A DNA stretch of 58,158 nt from an uncultured Bacilli bacterium (GTDB lineage: Bacteria > Bacillota_I > Bacilli_A > RF39 > UBA660). This document shows, piece after piece, positions 46,006-56,612 of the stretch (the first letter of the stretch is position 1; each line of letters begins with the position of its first letter). Position numbers and translations under genes: made by a program. A model generated the notes under the pieces. That model had not been told where the DNA came from and did no database searches. It saw nothing but the letters and a program-made list of their open reading frames with translations. The DNA is taken from positions 1 to 58,158 of the forward strand of contig CALVHX010000002.1 in NCBI GenBank assembly GCA_944329195.1. Direction: 5' to 3'.

Positions 46006-47058
46006 CTACTTTTTCTCTTTTTTGTCGTGATTCCAAATTATATTAGTTTTTACTATCAACAGTATAGTAAGAACTAGTAGCATTACATATATTATTATAC
46101 CATAAATATTAGTTCCAAGTATTCTATTTCCAACAGCATAAATAATTGATGCTATCGCAAAAAGAATATCAATTAAATATATCAGCAAAACCGTTTTTCT
46201 TTTAGATAAATTTAATTTTAATAATTGATGATGGAAATGGTTTTTATCTGGCATTCCCAACGGTTTATGGTTAATAGCTCTTCTTAGGATTGCAAATAAT
46301 GTATCCATAATTGGGATTGCAAGCAGTAGTATTGGAATAATGACAGATGTTAACGTTATATTTTTAAATCCTAGCAATGCTATTACTGCAATTATGTATC
46401 CTAGAAACATACTACCAGAATCGCCCATAAATATTTTTGCTGGTGGGAAATTATGTACTAAATATCCAAGGGTGCTTCCTAGCATTATAAAGGTTAATGA
46501 TACATCTAATCCATTTGAATTATTAAGAAGAAGTCCTATTATACCTACTGTCAAAAAATATATGCTAGATATTCCCGATGATAAGCCATCTAGTCCATCA
46601 ATTAGATTTATACAGTTTATTATGGCCACTATAAATAGTATCGTTATAGGATAAGCAAATATACCAAAATCTAGATACATACCAAACGCTGATATATCTT
46701 TTAGAAGTATTCCACCATACAATGGTATTATAGCCGCTCCTACTATTTGTCCTATTAGCTTGTATTTAGCGGGTACTGGTTTTATATCATCAAAAATTCC
46801 TGTTACCAATATAATAAAACTTCCTATTAGTATTGCATTCATTTGTACAGAATGCTGACCAAATAACATATATCCTAGAAGAAATCCCCCATATATGCCT
46901 ATACCGCCAAGCCTTGGAATTGGTACCTTATGAATTTTTCTTTCATTTGGAATATCCATCGCTCCAATAAATATCGCTATTTTTTTTACTATAGGCATAA
47001 AAAGAGCAGTAAAAATAAATGTTGTTAATATGATCAATAGGACTTCTTTTATTTCCAT
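46006..47058 (-). CDS. tagO: Undecaprenyl-phosphate N-acetylhexosamine-1-phosphate transferase (WecA/TagO, MraY-like)
   Basis: ERKIHKVPIPRLGG, FDDI, NLIDGLDGL, FMGDSGSMFLG; about 10 TM. Confidence 0.85.
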   Translation of the reverse strand: MEIKEVLLIILTTFIFTALFMPIVKKIAIFIGAMDIPNERKIHKVPIPRLGGIGIYGGFLLGYMLFGQHSVQMNAILIGSFIILVTGIFDDIKPVPAKYKLIGQIVGAAIIPLYGGILLKDISAFGMYLDFGIFAYPITILFIVAIINCINLIDGLDGLSSGISSIYFLTVGIIGLLLNNSNGLDVSLTFIMLGSTLGYLVHNFPPAKIFMGDSGSMFLGYIIAVIALLGFKNITLTSVIIPILLLAIPIMDTLFAILRRAINHKPLGMPDKNHFHHQLLKLNLSKRKTVLLIYLIDILFAIASIIYAVGNRILGTNIYGIIIYVMLLVLTILLIVKTNIIWNHDKKEKK

Positions 47059-47229
47059 CGCTAAAACTCCTTCTTTGTTACATTTATATTATATAACAAT
47101 TTAACTATTTTATCAATTATAAATTGTCCATAAACTTTTTATTTTATGATTAATTTGTGATAATGTCTTAAAAATTTTTAAGGCGTTTTGCCTCTTTTTG
47201 GCGTGCTTTAAAATATAAATATTTGCGAA

Positions 47230-47270
47230 GAAAAAAATAGATAAATGATTTTTTACTCGAATTTATCTAT
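47230..47270 (-). terminator. Intrinsic terminator after galE (palindromic, bidirectional)
   Basis: ATAGATAAAT-N14-ATTTATCTAT flanked by an A-run and a T-run. Confidence 0.6.
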
Positions 47271-47324
47271 TTTTTATTAATTAATTATTTTTACTCTTAT
47301 TTACTGTTTTAGATATGTAAAGTA

Positions 47325-48320
47325 TTATTTTTTTACAAAATTATATGAATCTTTAACCATATCCTCTATATCATATTTACTTTCCCATCCTAATTTTTCT
47401 TTTGCATAACTAACATCAGCATAGCAAGAACCAATATCTCCTTCTCTTCTGCCAACTATTTTATATGGCACATCTACATTATTATATTTTTTAAATGCAT
47501 TTACTAGTTCTAAAACACTGTACCCTTTACCTGTTCCTAAATTAAAAGCATCTATTCCATTATTTTTAAGAACCCATTCTATCGCTTTAATATGGCCTTT
47601 AGCAAGATCTACTACATGAATATAGTCTCTTACACCAGTTCCATCTACTGTATCATAATCATTACCAAAGACATTTAATTCTTTTAATTCTTTAGTTGCT
47701 ACTTTTACAATATAAGGCATCAAATTATTAGGAATATCGTTAGGATTTTCGCCAATTAAACCACTTTTATGGGCGCCAATTGGATTAAAATATCTAAGAA
47801 GAGCTATGTTCCAAGTATTATCAGAAATATATATATCTTTTAATATCCTTTCTATCATAACTTTAGTAGCACCATATGGATTAGTGGTTCCTCCTGTAGG
47901 AAAAGTTTCTTTAATAGGTAAAACTTTAGGATTTCCATATACTGTTGCACTTGAAGAAAATACAATATTTTTTACATTGTTTACATTCATTACTTCACAT
48001 AATGTAAGTGTACTGTCTAAATTATTACGATAATACATAAGTGGTTTTTGCACTGATTCTCCTACCGCTTTAAACCCTGCAAAATGAATTACTGCATCTA
48101 TCTTATTCTCCTTAAAAATTATTTGTAATAGTTCTTTATCACAAACATTTCCTTCATAAAATTTAAACTCTTTATTAGTTATAGTTTTAATTTTATCTAC
48201 TACATCAGGTTTGGAATTAGAAAAATCATCTATTACCACAACCTCATAATTCTCATTAAGCAATTCAACTACTGTATGACTACCTATAAAACCTGTTCCC
48301 CCAGTTACTAATATTTTCAT
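47325..48320 (-). CDS. galE: UDP-glucose 4-epimerase
   Basis: VTGGTGFIGSH, SSSATVYG, YGATK. Confidence 0.9.
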   Translation of the reverse strand: MKILVTGGTGFIGSHTVVELLNENYEVVVIDDFSNSKPDVVDKIKTITNKEFKFYEGNVCDKELLQIIFKENKIDAVIHFAGFKAVGESVQKPLMYYRNNLDSTLTLCEVMNVNNVKNIVFSSSATVYGNPKVLPIKETFPTGGTTNPYGATKVMIERILKDIYISDNTWNIALLRYFNPIGAHKSGLIGENPNDIPNNLMPYIVKVATKELKELNVFGNDYDTVDGTGVRDYIHVVDLAKGHIKAIEWVLKNNGIDAFNLGTGKGYSVLELVNAFKKYNNVDVPYKIVGRREGDIGSCYADVSYAKEKLGWESKYDIEDMVKDSYNFVKK

Positions 48321-49430
48321 TTAAAATTCCTCCTTATATTTATTTATTATTTCATCTACGATTTTTTGACTTGCAAAGCCATCACCATATGGATTATTTG
48401 CTTTACTCATTTTTATGTATTTATTATTATCTAATAATAATTTTATGGTTTCATTATAAATAGTATCTTCATTTGTTCCTACTAATTTTAAAGTTCCTGC
48501 TGATATTCCTTCTGGCCTTTCTGTAGTATCTCTTAATACTAATACTGGTTTTCCTAAAGAAGGTGCTTCTTCTTGAATACCACCACTATCAGTTAATATC
48601 AAATAACTTTTATTTATAAAATTATGAAAATCAAATACTTCTAATGGTTCTATTATCTTAATTTTATCATTATTACCAATTACTTCATCTGCAATTTTTC
48701 TAATATTGGGATTTAAGTGAATTGGATACACCACTTTAATATTAGGGACTTCTATTACTAATCTCTTTACTGCATTAAAAATGTTTCTCATAGGGTCTCC
48801 TAAGTTTTCTCTTCTGTGAGTAGTTAATAGAATTAATTTATCTTCCCCTACCCAATCAAATATTTCATTATAATAGTTATCATTTACTGTATATTTCATA
48901 GCATCTATTGCAGTATTACCTGTAATATATATTTTTTCTTCATTAATTCCTTGTGTTAATAAGTTATTTTTGCTAACTTCTGTTGGAGCAAAATACATAT
49001 CAGTCATACAATCAACCATTTGTCTATTCATTTCTTCCGGAAATGGTGAATATTTATTCCAAGTTCTAAGTCCTGCTTCTACGTGTCCAATATCAACATT
49101 ATTATAAAAAGCTGCTAAAGCTCCTGCAAATGTTGTTGTAGTATCTCCATGAACTAATATAATATTAGGCTTTACTTCTTTTATAACTTCTTCTAATCCT
49201 AGTAATACTCTAGAAGTAATTTCTGATAAAGTTTGTCCCTGTTTCATTATATTTAAATCATAATCAGGCTTTATATCAAAAACTTTTAATACTTGATCTA
49301 ACATTTCTCTATGTTGTGCAGTTACACATACAATACTTTTTATTTCTTTTCTTTTTTCTAATTCTTTAACAAGTGGAGCCATCTTTATTGCTTCCGGTCT
49401 TGTTCCAAATATTGTCATTACTTTAATCAT
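48321..49430 (-). CDS. mnaA: UDP-N-acetylglucosamine 2-epimerase (non-hydrolysing)
   Basis: IFGTRPEAIKMAPL, VHGDTTTT, HVEAGLRT, TDSGGIQEEAPSLGKPVLVLRDTTERPEG. Confidence 0.9.
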   Translation of the reverse strand: MIKVMTIFGTRPEAIKMAPLVKELEKRKEIKSIVCVTAQHREMLDQVLKVFDIKPDYDLNIMKQGQTLSEITSRVLLGLEEVIKEVKPNIILVHGDTTTTFAGALAAFYNNVDIGHVEAGLRTWNKYSPFPEEMNRQMVDCMTDMYFAPTEVSKNNLLTQGINEEKIYITGNTAIDAMKYTVNDNYYNEIFDWVGEDKLILLTTHRRENLGDPMRNIFNAVKRLVIEVPNIKVVYPIHLNPNIRKIADEVIGNNDKIKIIEPLEVFDFHNFINKSYLILTDSGGIQEEAPSLGKPVLVLRDTTERPEGISAGTLKLVGTNEDTIYNETIKLLLDNNKYIKMSKANNPYGDGFASQKIVDEIINKYKEEF

Positions 49431-50850
49431 TTATATTCTCCTTTTTCATTAATTTTTCTATTTGAAATCCCATTAAAATCATAAGAGGAACTAACATAGG
49501 CATAAAATATCGTGGTGATACTTCTACTAATAAATGCGAAGCTACCAATCCTATAAATAACAATCTATAAAAAACTAATCTACTATTTTCATCTTTATCA
49601 GTTATATTAAAAATACTAAATATATTAATAATAAACATTAAAAACCAAAAACAATATAAATAAAATTTAAAAACAGTATTATATTTTTTACTTTGATTAA
49701 TTACACTACTTGTAAAATTATCATATGTATATGAACAAACATCATTAGTAAGTACTTCTAATTTTTTTATCATAAACTTTGATAATGTTATCATATTATA
49801 GCTTTTATAGTTTTTTATTCCTTCTTTCATAAAATATTCATGTATTTTAGAAGGAGAAAAATGTTCATCTTTAGCAAAAAATTCATCCAATTTAGGTTCT
49901 AAAAACCATGAACCATTTGAATTGATATTAGATCCTACATAAACACTCCAACCACTTCCACTTTTTGAAAGAGTATATCCCGTTACATCTTTAACAAAAT
50001 TATAATTTAAGTTATTATATACACTATAACATAATACAATTAAAATAAAACTTAATAAAAGTTTTTTTATAGCATATTTTGAAAATATTATTAAATATAA
50101 ATAATATAAAAATATTGCTATTAAGAAAATTATCATAATCGGTCTAAATGAATTACTTATACCAATAATTATTCCTAAAATAATACTAATAATTAAATAT
50201 TTTTTATTATTAAAACTAGATAATAAGCATTCAAAAACATAGGCACTAATTATTATCATAGTATTAACAATATTAATAGGTAAAATTTTCATACACCATA
50301 TAATATTAAAAGGATTAAATAACCATATTAAAAGTAATAAAATTCCTTTATTCTTATCATTAAATAATTTTTTCCCGAACAAGTACGCAAATACAGAACC
50401 AATTAAATCAATTATTATATTAAAAGTAATTGCATGATATATTGTAGTTCCAAAAACTTTCATAAATATACTTAAAATATTAATATACCCAAATAAATAT
50501 GGAAATACAGCAATATATTTACTGTTTATGTCTAAATTTGAGGATAATGATACAGCATTATAGTAAAATGTTGCTTCGTCACTATATACTTCATTATAAT
50601 CAAATATTAATAATGAAAATCGTAGTAATATGGCAACAATTATTAAACTTATAATAATTATTTTGTTTTCCAATATTTTATTGATAAAATTATATTTTTT
50701 ATTTAGCTTACAAAATATATAGATAAACGCAACACTTAATATTCCTAATATTGATGACAATAATAAATTATTTTTTAAAGATAATAAATAAATTAGAGCT
50801 AACAACCCAATATAAATTATTAATAATGTTTTATTGATAATACTTTTCAT
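49423..50850 (-). CDS. GT-C fold membrane glycosyltransferase (PMT_2/ArnT-like)
   Basis: 475 aa, more than 10 TM; first extracytoplasmic loop has YSDEATFYYNA; the pattern fits family 39/83-type GT-C enzymes. Confidence 0.55.
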   Translation of the reverse strand: MKSIINKTLLIIYIGLLALIYLLSLKNNLLLSSILGILSVAFIYIFCKLNKKYNFINKILENKIIIISLIIVAILLRFSLLIFDYNEVYSDEATFYYNAVSLSSNLDINSKYIAVFPYLFGYINILSIFMKVFGTTIYHAITFNIIIDLIGSVFAYLFGKKLFNDKNKGILLLLIWLFNPFNIIWCMKILPINIVNTMIIISAYVFECLLSSFNNKKYLIISIILGIIIGISNSFRPIMIIFLIAIFLYYLYLIIFSKYAIKKLLLSFILIVLCYSVYNNLNYNFVKDVTGYTLSKSGSGWSVYVGSNINSNGSWFLEPKLDEFFAKDEHFSPSKIHEYFMKEGIKNYKSYNMITLSKFMIKKLEVLTNDVCSYTYDNFTSSVINQSKKYNTVFKFYLYCFWFLMFIINIFSIFNITDKDENSRLVFYRLLFIGLVASHLLVEVSPRYFMPMLVPLMILMGFQIEKLMKKENIND

Positions 50851-51557
50851 TTTAACTTTCTCACTTTAAACAAAAACTTCACATTACTATCATAAAATCT
50901 TTTAATTCTACTAGGTTCTTTTAATATTCTATATAACCATTCTAAATTTAATTTTATAAATATTTTAGGTGCTCTTTTTTTATGACCACTTATCACATCA
51001 AAAGATCCACCTACCCCTACAAATATTCCTTTTTTAAATTTATTTAAATGTTTATATATTAATTTTTCTTGTAATGGTATTCCCATTGCTACCAATATAA
51101 TATCAGGTTCTAATTCAACAATTTCATCAAATACTTTATCTTTATCTTTTACATAACCATCTTTGCTACCTACTATTTTTAAATTAGGATACTTTTCACT
51201 AATTAAATTATTTAATGATTCAATAACTTCCGGTTTTGCTCCAAAAAAATATATTTTTTTATTTAAAGAATTCCCTAATTCAATCAATTTATTAGCTATA
51301 TCAATACCAGTAATTCGTTCTTTTACATCGTAATTAATCATCCTAGCTGCTTTAACTATTCCTATCCCATCAGGAACTAAAATAGTATTTTTATCTAAAA
51401 GTAATTCTTGCATTTTATTATCATTTTCACTTATCATAAAAGTTTCAGGATTAGAAGTAACAATAAACATTCTCTTATTATTCTTTAAATTTTTCTCTAA
51501 AATTTCATAAAAAGAGTCTTCATCTTTATTGTATAACTTATCAAATAACTTTCTCAT
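50847..51557 (-). CDS. tagA: WecG/TagA/CpsF family N-acetylmannosaminyltransferase (GT26)
   Basis: LVPDGIGIV, FFGAKPEV, VAMGIPLQE, GVGGSFDV, EWLYRILKEPSR; start after GGAGG. Confidence 0.85.
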   Translation of the reverse strand: MRKLFDKLYNKDEDSFYEILEKNLKNNKRMFIVTSNPETFMISENDNKMQELLLDKNTILVPDGIGIVKAARMINYDVKERITGIDIANKLIELGNSLNKKIYFFGAKPEVIESLNNLISEKYPNLKIVGSKDGYVKDKDKVFDEIVELEPDIILVAMGIPLQEKLIYKHLNKFKKGIFVGVGGSFDVISGHKKRAPKIFIKLNLEWLYRILKEPSRIKRFYDSNVKFLFKVRKLK

Positions 51558-51631
51558 ATCTGCCTCCATATCAATGTCCATAATTATTATAACAAATATA
51601 ATAGCAAAAAAAAAGGTGCTATACCTTTTTT

Positions 51632-52894
51632 TTATTTTATTTGATCAAAATATTTATCTAAATCATCTATAGTAGTATAAGTTACAATAACAAATCTCCT
51701 AAGTTTAAACTTATCACTACCTACATGTACTAAATTATCGCTATTATTACTCTCACCAATAAAAGCCATAGTAAATCCTGCTTCTTTTACTAAATTAATT
51801 GCATAATCATTATATTCATAAAATGGATAACAAAATACAGTTGAACCATTCAGAACTTCTCTACTTGCTTTTAAATCAGACAATATTTCTTCTTTTGGTA
51901 AACACTTAATTTCTCCGCCCTGTCCTCCTGGGCACTTACCACCATTATGCATATTATGAGTGTGAGAATGGAACTCAATATATTCACTCTTTCGATATGA
52001 AGATGGATCAAACCATGATGTCACAAGAAATATAGTAGCGTTCATTTTATATTTTTCTAACAAATCAATTGCCACATCTGTTTTACCACCATCATCAATG
52101 GTTATGAATACACTTTTAGGAAGTTGAATTTCTCCATCAATATACATTTCCACTTCTTTTGCTGTAACAGATAGGATATTATTTTCTTTAATATACTCTA
52201 AATGAGATTTAAATTGTGTTTTAGAATGACATATTTCAGTAGTACAATCATTTTTTTCTTCTAAATTATTTTCATCATAAAAAGCGTGATAATTAAGAAC
52301 ACCTATTCCACTAGAATTTTTTAATTCAGTATTATTAGCTTTAATGACTTCTTTAACATTATCTTTCTTTAAATATACAAGTTCTTTATTAAATTCTACA
52401 CCATATTTATTACCATCTTTAATAATTATTGGCAAAGTGTATGATTGATTGATTCTATATAACTCATTATCTTTTTCATCATAAAATATTGTTAAATTAT
52501 TAGTTACTACATTTTCATTAAACACAATATAATTTTTATATCGATTATCTTTAACATTTAAATTATCGATAGGGGTAATATCTTTATAATATACATAATA
52601 ATTAATGTCATTTGATTTAATTTGAAAATATTCTTTATCATCAACCTGTTTATCCATTAATTCTAATTCTATATTCTTAGATATATAACCTTTTTCTATA
52701 TATTTCCCATTTAATAATTCATATAATTTAGTTTCATTATTAGTAATTACATATTTATTATAATGTTCCTTTATTTCCTCATTAGTTTTATTATCTAAAG
52801 TCTCATTATCTTTTTCAGTTGATAAATAAACTATACTTCCTATAAGTAAAATTAACATACCCCCACAAATTAAAGATATTTTTTTATGTAGCAC
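51632..52894 (-). CDS. Membrane-anchored polysaccharide deacetylase (NodB homology domain)
   Basis: N-terminal TM; FITIDDGGKTD and HSHTHNMH metal/catalytic motifs. Confidence 0.8.
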   Translation of the reverse strand: MLHKKISLICGGMLILLIGSIVYLSTEKDNETLDNKTNEEIKEHYNKYVITNNETKLYELLNGKYIEKGYISKNIELELMDKQVDDKEYFQIKSNDINYYVYYKDITPIDNLNVKDNRYKNYIVFNENVVTNNLTIFYDEKDNELYRINQSYTLPIIIKDGNKYGVEFNKELVYLKKDNVKEVIKANNTELKNSSGIGVLNYHAFYDENNLEEKNDCTTEICHSKTQFKSHLEYIKENNILSVTAKEVEMYIDGEIQLPKSVFITIDDGGKTDVAIDLLEKYKMNATIFLVTSWFDPSSYRKSEYIEFHSHTHNMHNGGKCPGGQGGEIKCLPKEEILSDLKASREVLNGSTVFCYPFYEYNDYAINLVKEAGFTMAFIGESNNSDNLVHVGSDKFKLRRFVIVTYTTIDDLDKYFDQIK

Positions 52895-52914
52895 GATTTT
52901 TCACTCCTTATTAT

Positions 52915-55635
52915 TTATTTCAAAATATTTTTCCATATTTTAAATATCTCTTCGCTAGAAAATTTATACGATTTTTCTTTAGCACTATCTCCCATTTTTT
53001 TTCTCTTATTTTTATTACTTAACAATATTTTTAATTTTTTTTCATATTCTTTTGCATCTCTATTTTTTATAATATAACCATTAACATTATTATCGATTAT
53101 GTCATTAACTCCACTATCTGTTTCATACGCAATGCAAGGGACTCCATAACTCATAGCTTCTAACAAAACCATAGGTAAACCTTCTGATATTGATGCCATT
53201 AAAAATACACTTGAATCTAATAAATATTTTTCAATTTCTTCTTTTGATAAATACCCTGTTAATGTTACTTGTTTTTCTAAATTTAATTTTTTTATTTGCT
53301 CCTTTAAATTATCATATTCTTGACCATCACCTATAATAGTTAATTTTACATCTTTGTCATTCAAATGTTTAAGTATATCAATTATTTCGTTATTTCTCTT
53401 TCCTATATCTAATCTACTTATAGTTATTATATTTTTATTACTTAAATTACTCTGACAATTTGGTATATTTTCCAACATATTAGGTAACAAAATAACTTTA
53501 GTATTTTTATTATTAATGAAAATTTTTTCATAATCATTTTTTAAGCAAATAGTTAAAGCACATAAATAATCAATATTTTTATAATTCTTCTTTAATCTAT
53601 TTATATACTTCTTATCATTATTATGGTGATGATGTTCTTGAGCTATTTTGATAATATCATTTCTTCCACATTCTGATAATATTTCACTAAATTCTAATCT
53701 AGTTGAAACTACATATTTAGAATTTGTTTGTAAAATACTATCCATCATAAGCGCTTTTTTATTAATTAAAATATTACAAGCAATAACTCCTTCTTTCAAA
53801 ATTCTAAATATTTTTTTATTATGTAAACTTTCTAAAAATTCAACTTTATTTGGTCCTCCGTCATGCAAGTATTTAATAGATACTTTTTTATTTAATTTAG
53901 CACTTTGATTTTCCTTTAACTTATAAAATGATATTATCTCTACTTCATATTCATTGCACAAAGTATTGGCAGTATTAATAGTTGCACTCTCAATTCCACC
54001 ATACCCTAAATGTAACATTAAAAAACTTATTTTTTTATTATTTATTTCTATTTTTTTTAAAGAATTATACATACCTGTAACTATGAGGGATAAAATGGAT
54101 GAAGGAAAAAATATTCCAAATACATGACCTGCAAAAAGAGAAATACTTATCATAAAAATAGCAGCCAAAGATAGTGAATATGTATAAATATTAATACTTC
54201 TTTTTAAATTACGTAATATATTTATTATGGAGTATATTACAATTCCTATATAAGGAAATAATAATAACACCATTCCAATATAACCAAACCAAACTTTTTG
54301 CCCAACAAAATCTTTTTCTAAATATGGAAAATTAGAAGAATAACCTATTCCTAATAAATAATCTAAGTTATTATTCCGTTTTTCAACAATATCTTCATAT
54401 ATTTTTACTTTAAATTGTCTATAATTAGTTAGTTCTGAAACTGATTTCTTAGTTATATTAAACCAAAAATCAAAATTTTCTTTTACTGGATAAAAATCTA
54501 TATATGTTTTAGGTATATCAAAACAAGAAGGGCAGTCATCAATATATATACTAACATATTCTTTTTCTATTTTATTTAATTTGTCTTTTTTTCTTATATC
54601 ATCTAATGAAAGGTTATATTTTTCTTCAAGTTCTATTAATCTTTTATTTCTATTGTCATCTTCACCTTCATTATTATTACCTTTATCAACTTCCACAATT
54701 CCGTCTTCACTTAAATTATCAATATATCCTTCTAGCTTATACTTTATTGGTGAATAGTTATATATTATTATTACTACCATTATATATAAAATAAAAATAA
54801 TGCCTCTTTTTAAATATAATTTTTTTCTATAAAATATAAAGTATAAAATTATATAAATAACTAATGACATAACAGAAAAGAATATAGCAAAAAATGCTGT
54901 TTTTGTAGATAACATAATAGCTGCTAATATTTTAATAAAAAATGATATATAATAAATTAATTTATTTTGATAAACAGCATAAAATATTGATACAAAAAGC
55001 AAACCTCCTAATATTGCAGATAATTGATTGGTAGAATAAAATAATCCTCTTGATGTATACAAATCAACACTATTAGGATTTATTCCATTAAACCAAGATA
55101 TAATATTACCATCTATTCTTACTAGGCCTTCATAATTAGATGAGTATGCAACTAAAGATACACCTAATAAATTACTTCCTACAATAATGATACTAATAAT
55201 AAAACTCAATTTAGATAAAATTCTCATTATGTTGTGTACTTTTAATTCTGATTTCATATAAACAAATAACACAATTAATGGCAATATATATGCTCTAAAA
55301 ATATAATAAATTTCTATGAAAATATTTAGAGAGTGATTTACGTAATTCATATCATTAAATGTTACTATATAGTAAGAATGCATTATCATATAAATTATAC
55401 ATATTGCAAAATATATAATACTTTTAATAGAATTAAATTTTTCTTTTCCTCTTATTTTTTTGATCCACAACAATAACAACAATATAAATGTAAATACCAA
55501 ATTAAATATTTCTACCATTGAAATTCCAAAAATTTCTATTTTATTTCCTACTATTGCCCTATATATGTCTAAAAAGGGTAAAATAAGTATTAAATTCAAT
55601 ATAATTTTATTATAATTATATTCCCTTTTTATCAT
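52915..55635 (-). CDS. Fusion protein: O-antigen polymerase/ligase-like polytopic membrane domain plus C-terminal GT4 glycosyltransferase
   Basis: About 530 aa with more than 10 TM (Wzy-like), then LHLGYGGIESA ... SISEGLPMVLLEAMSYGVPCIAY (GT4 EX7E region). Junction near nt 54033. Confidence 0.7.
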   Translation of the reverse strand: MIKREYNYNKIILNLILILPFLDIYRAIVGNKIEIFGISMVEIFNLVFTFILLLLLWIKKIRGKEKFNSIKSIIYFAICIIYMIMHSYYIVTFNDMNYVNHSLNIFIEIYYIFRAYILPLIVLFVYMKSELKVHNIMRILSKLSFIISIIIVGSNLLGVSLVAYSSNYEGLVRIDGNIISWFNGINPNSVDLYTSRGLFYSTNQLSAILGGLLFVSIFYAVYQNKLIYYISFFIKILAAIMLSTKTAFFAIFFSVMSLVIYIILYFIFYRKKLYLKRGIIFILYIMVVIIIYNYSPIKYKLEGYIDNLSEDGIVEVDKGNNNEGEDDNRNKRLIELEEKYNLSLDDIRKKDKLNKIEKEYVSIYIDDCPSCFDIPKTYIDFYPVKENFDFWFNITKKSVSELTNYRQFKVKIYEDIVEKRNNNLDYLLGIGYSSNFPYLEKDFVGQKVWFGYIGMVLLLFPYIGIVIYSIINILRNLKRSINIYTYSLSLAAIFMISISLFAGHVFGIFFPSSILSLIVTGMYNSLKKIEINNKKISFLMLHLGYGGIESATINTANTLCNEYEVEIISFYKLKENQSAKLNKKVSIKYLHDGGPNKVEFLESLHNKKIFRILKEGVIACNILINKKALMMDSILQTNSKYVVSTRLEFSEILSECGRNDIIKIAQEHHHHNNDKKYINRLKKNYKNIDYLCALTICLKNDYEKIFINNKNTKVILLPNMLENIPNCQSNLSNKNIITISRLDIGKRNNEIIDILKHLNDKDVKLTIIGDGQEYDNLKEQIKKLNLEKQVTLTGYLSKEEIEKYLLDSSVFLMASISEGLPMVLLEAMSYGVPCIAYETDSGVNDIIDNNVNGYIIKNRDAKEYEKKLKILLSNKNKRKKMGDSAKEKSYKFSSEEIFKIWKNILK

Positions 55636-56612
55636 TTTATCATCCCTTTTACAAAAAATAACGCATTAACTAAACCATATGTTTTAGCAGAAATTAAATT
55701 ATAAATAATTCTTCTATTCCTTGTTAATGTATTTATATATTTATTTTCTTTAAAATTTGGAAATTTTTTCTCCATATAACTTATTAATTTATTTATAACC
55801 TCACGTTTTAATTTATTATCAGCTTCTGCTCTTAAAACTCTTACTATTGCAGATATATAAATATGATCAATTGCTAAAAACTCAATCATTTCTATATATT
55901 CGTGTTTTCTATTTTTTTCAACATAGTTAAGCACATCATCAAAAGCCTCAAGTATTTCCAAATTTCTTTCAACATTAGAATTATTCATCGTAGAACCTTG
56001 TCTAATTAAATAATCATAAAATGGTTCATCTATAAAAGAAAATTTAGAAGAATTAATAATCGCTTTTAAAGTAAATGCTAAATCTTCATACCATACTTTT
56101 TCTTTAAAAGTTATTTTATTATCTATTATTATATTTCTCTTATATATTTTATTCCATACTGCCATTTTTCCAAACATAATATTTTCTAAATCTGTATCAT
56201 AGTTAGTTATAAATGCATCTATCTCCTTCTTTGAGTAATTTTCACAAACATTATAGCTACCACATATAACAATATCTGACTTATCTTTCTTCGCCTTATT
56301 ATACATTTTTTCAAACATATCTAGTTCTACAAAATCATCACTATCCACAAAGGCAATATATTCTCCAGTTGATACTTTAATACCATAATTTCTAGCAGAA
56401 CCTTGACCTCCATTTTCTTTTATATAACTTTTTACTTTGTCAGGATGTTTTGCTACATACTTATCAATTATACTCTGACTATTATCAAGACTTCCATCAT
56501 TAACTACTATAATTTCAATATCTTCCAGTGTTTGATTTACTAGACTATCTAAACATTTTCCTATATACTTTTCTACTCCCCAAACAGGAATTATAATACT
56601 TACCCTTTTCAT
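55632..56612 (-). CDS. Family 2 glycosyltransferase
   Basis: VSIIIPVWGVEKYIGKCLDSLVNQT...IIVVNDGSLDNS...FVDSDD. Confidence 0.85.
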   Translation of the reverse strand: MKRVSIIIPVWGVEKYIGKCLDSLVNQTLEDIEIIVVNDGSLDNSQSIIDKYVAKHPDKVKSYIKENGGQGSARNYGIKVSTGEYIAFVDSDDFVELDMFEKMYNKAKKDKSDIVICGSYNVCENYSKKEIDAFITNYDTDLENIMFGKMAVWNKIYKRNIIIDNKITFKEKVWYEDLAFTLKAIINSSKFSFIDEPFYDYLIRQGSTMNNSNVERNLEILEAFDDVLNYVEKNRKHEYIEMIEFLAIDHIYISAIVRVLRAEADNKLKREVINKLISYMEKKFPNFKENKYINTLTRNRRIIYNLISAKTYGLVNALFFVKGMIK

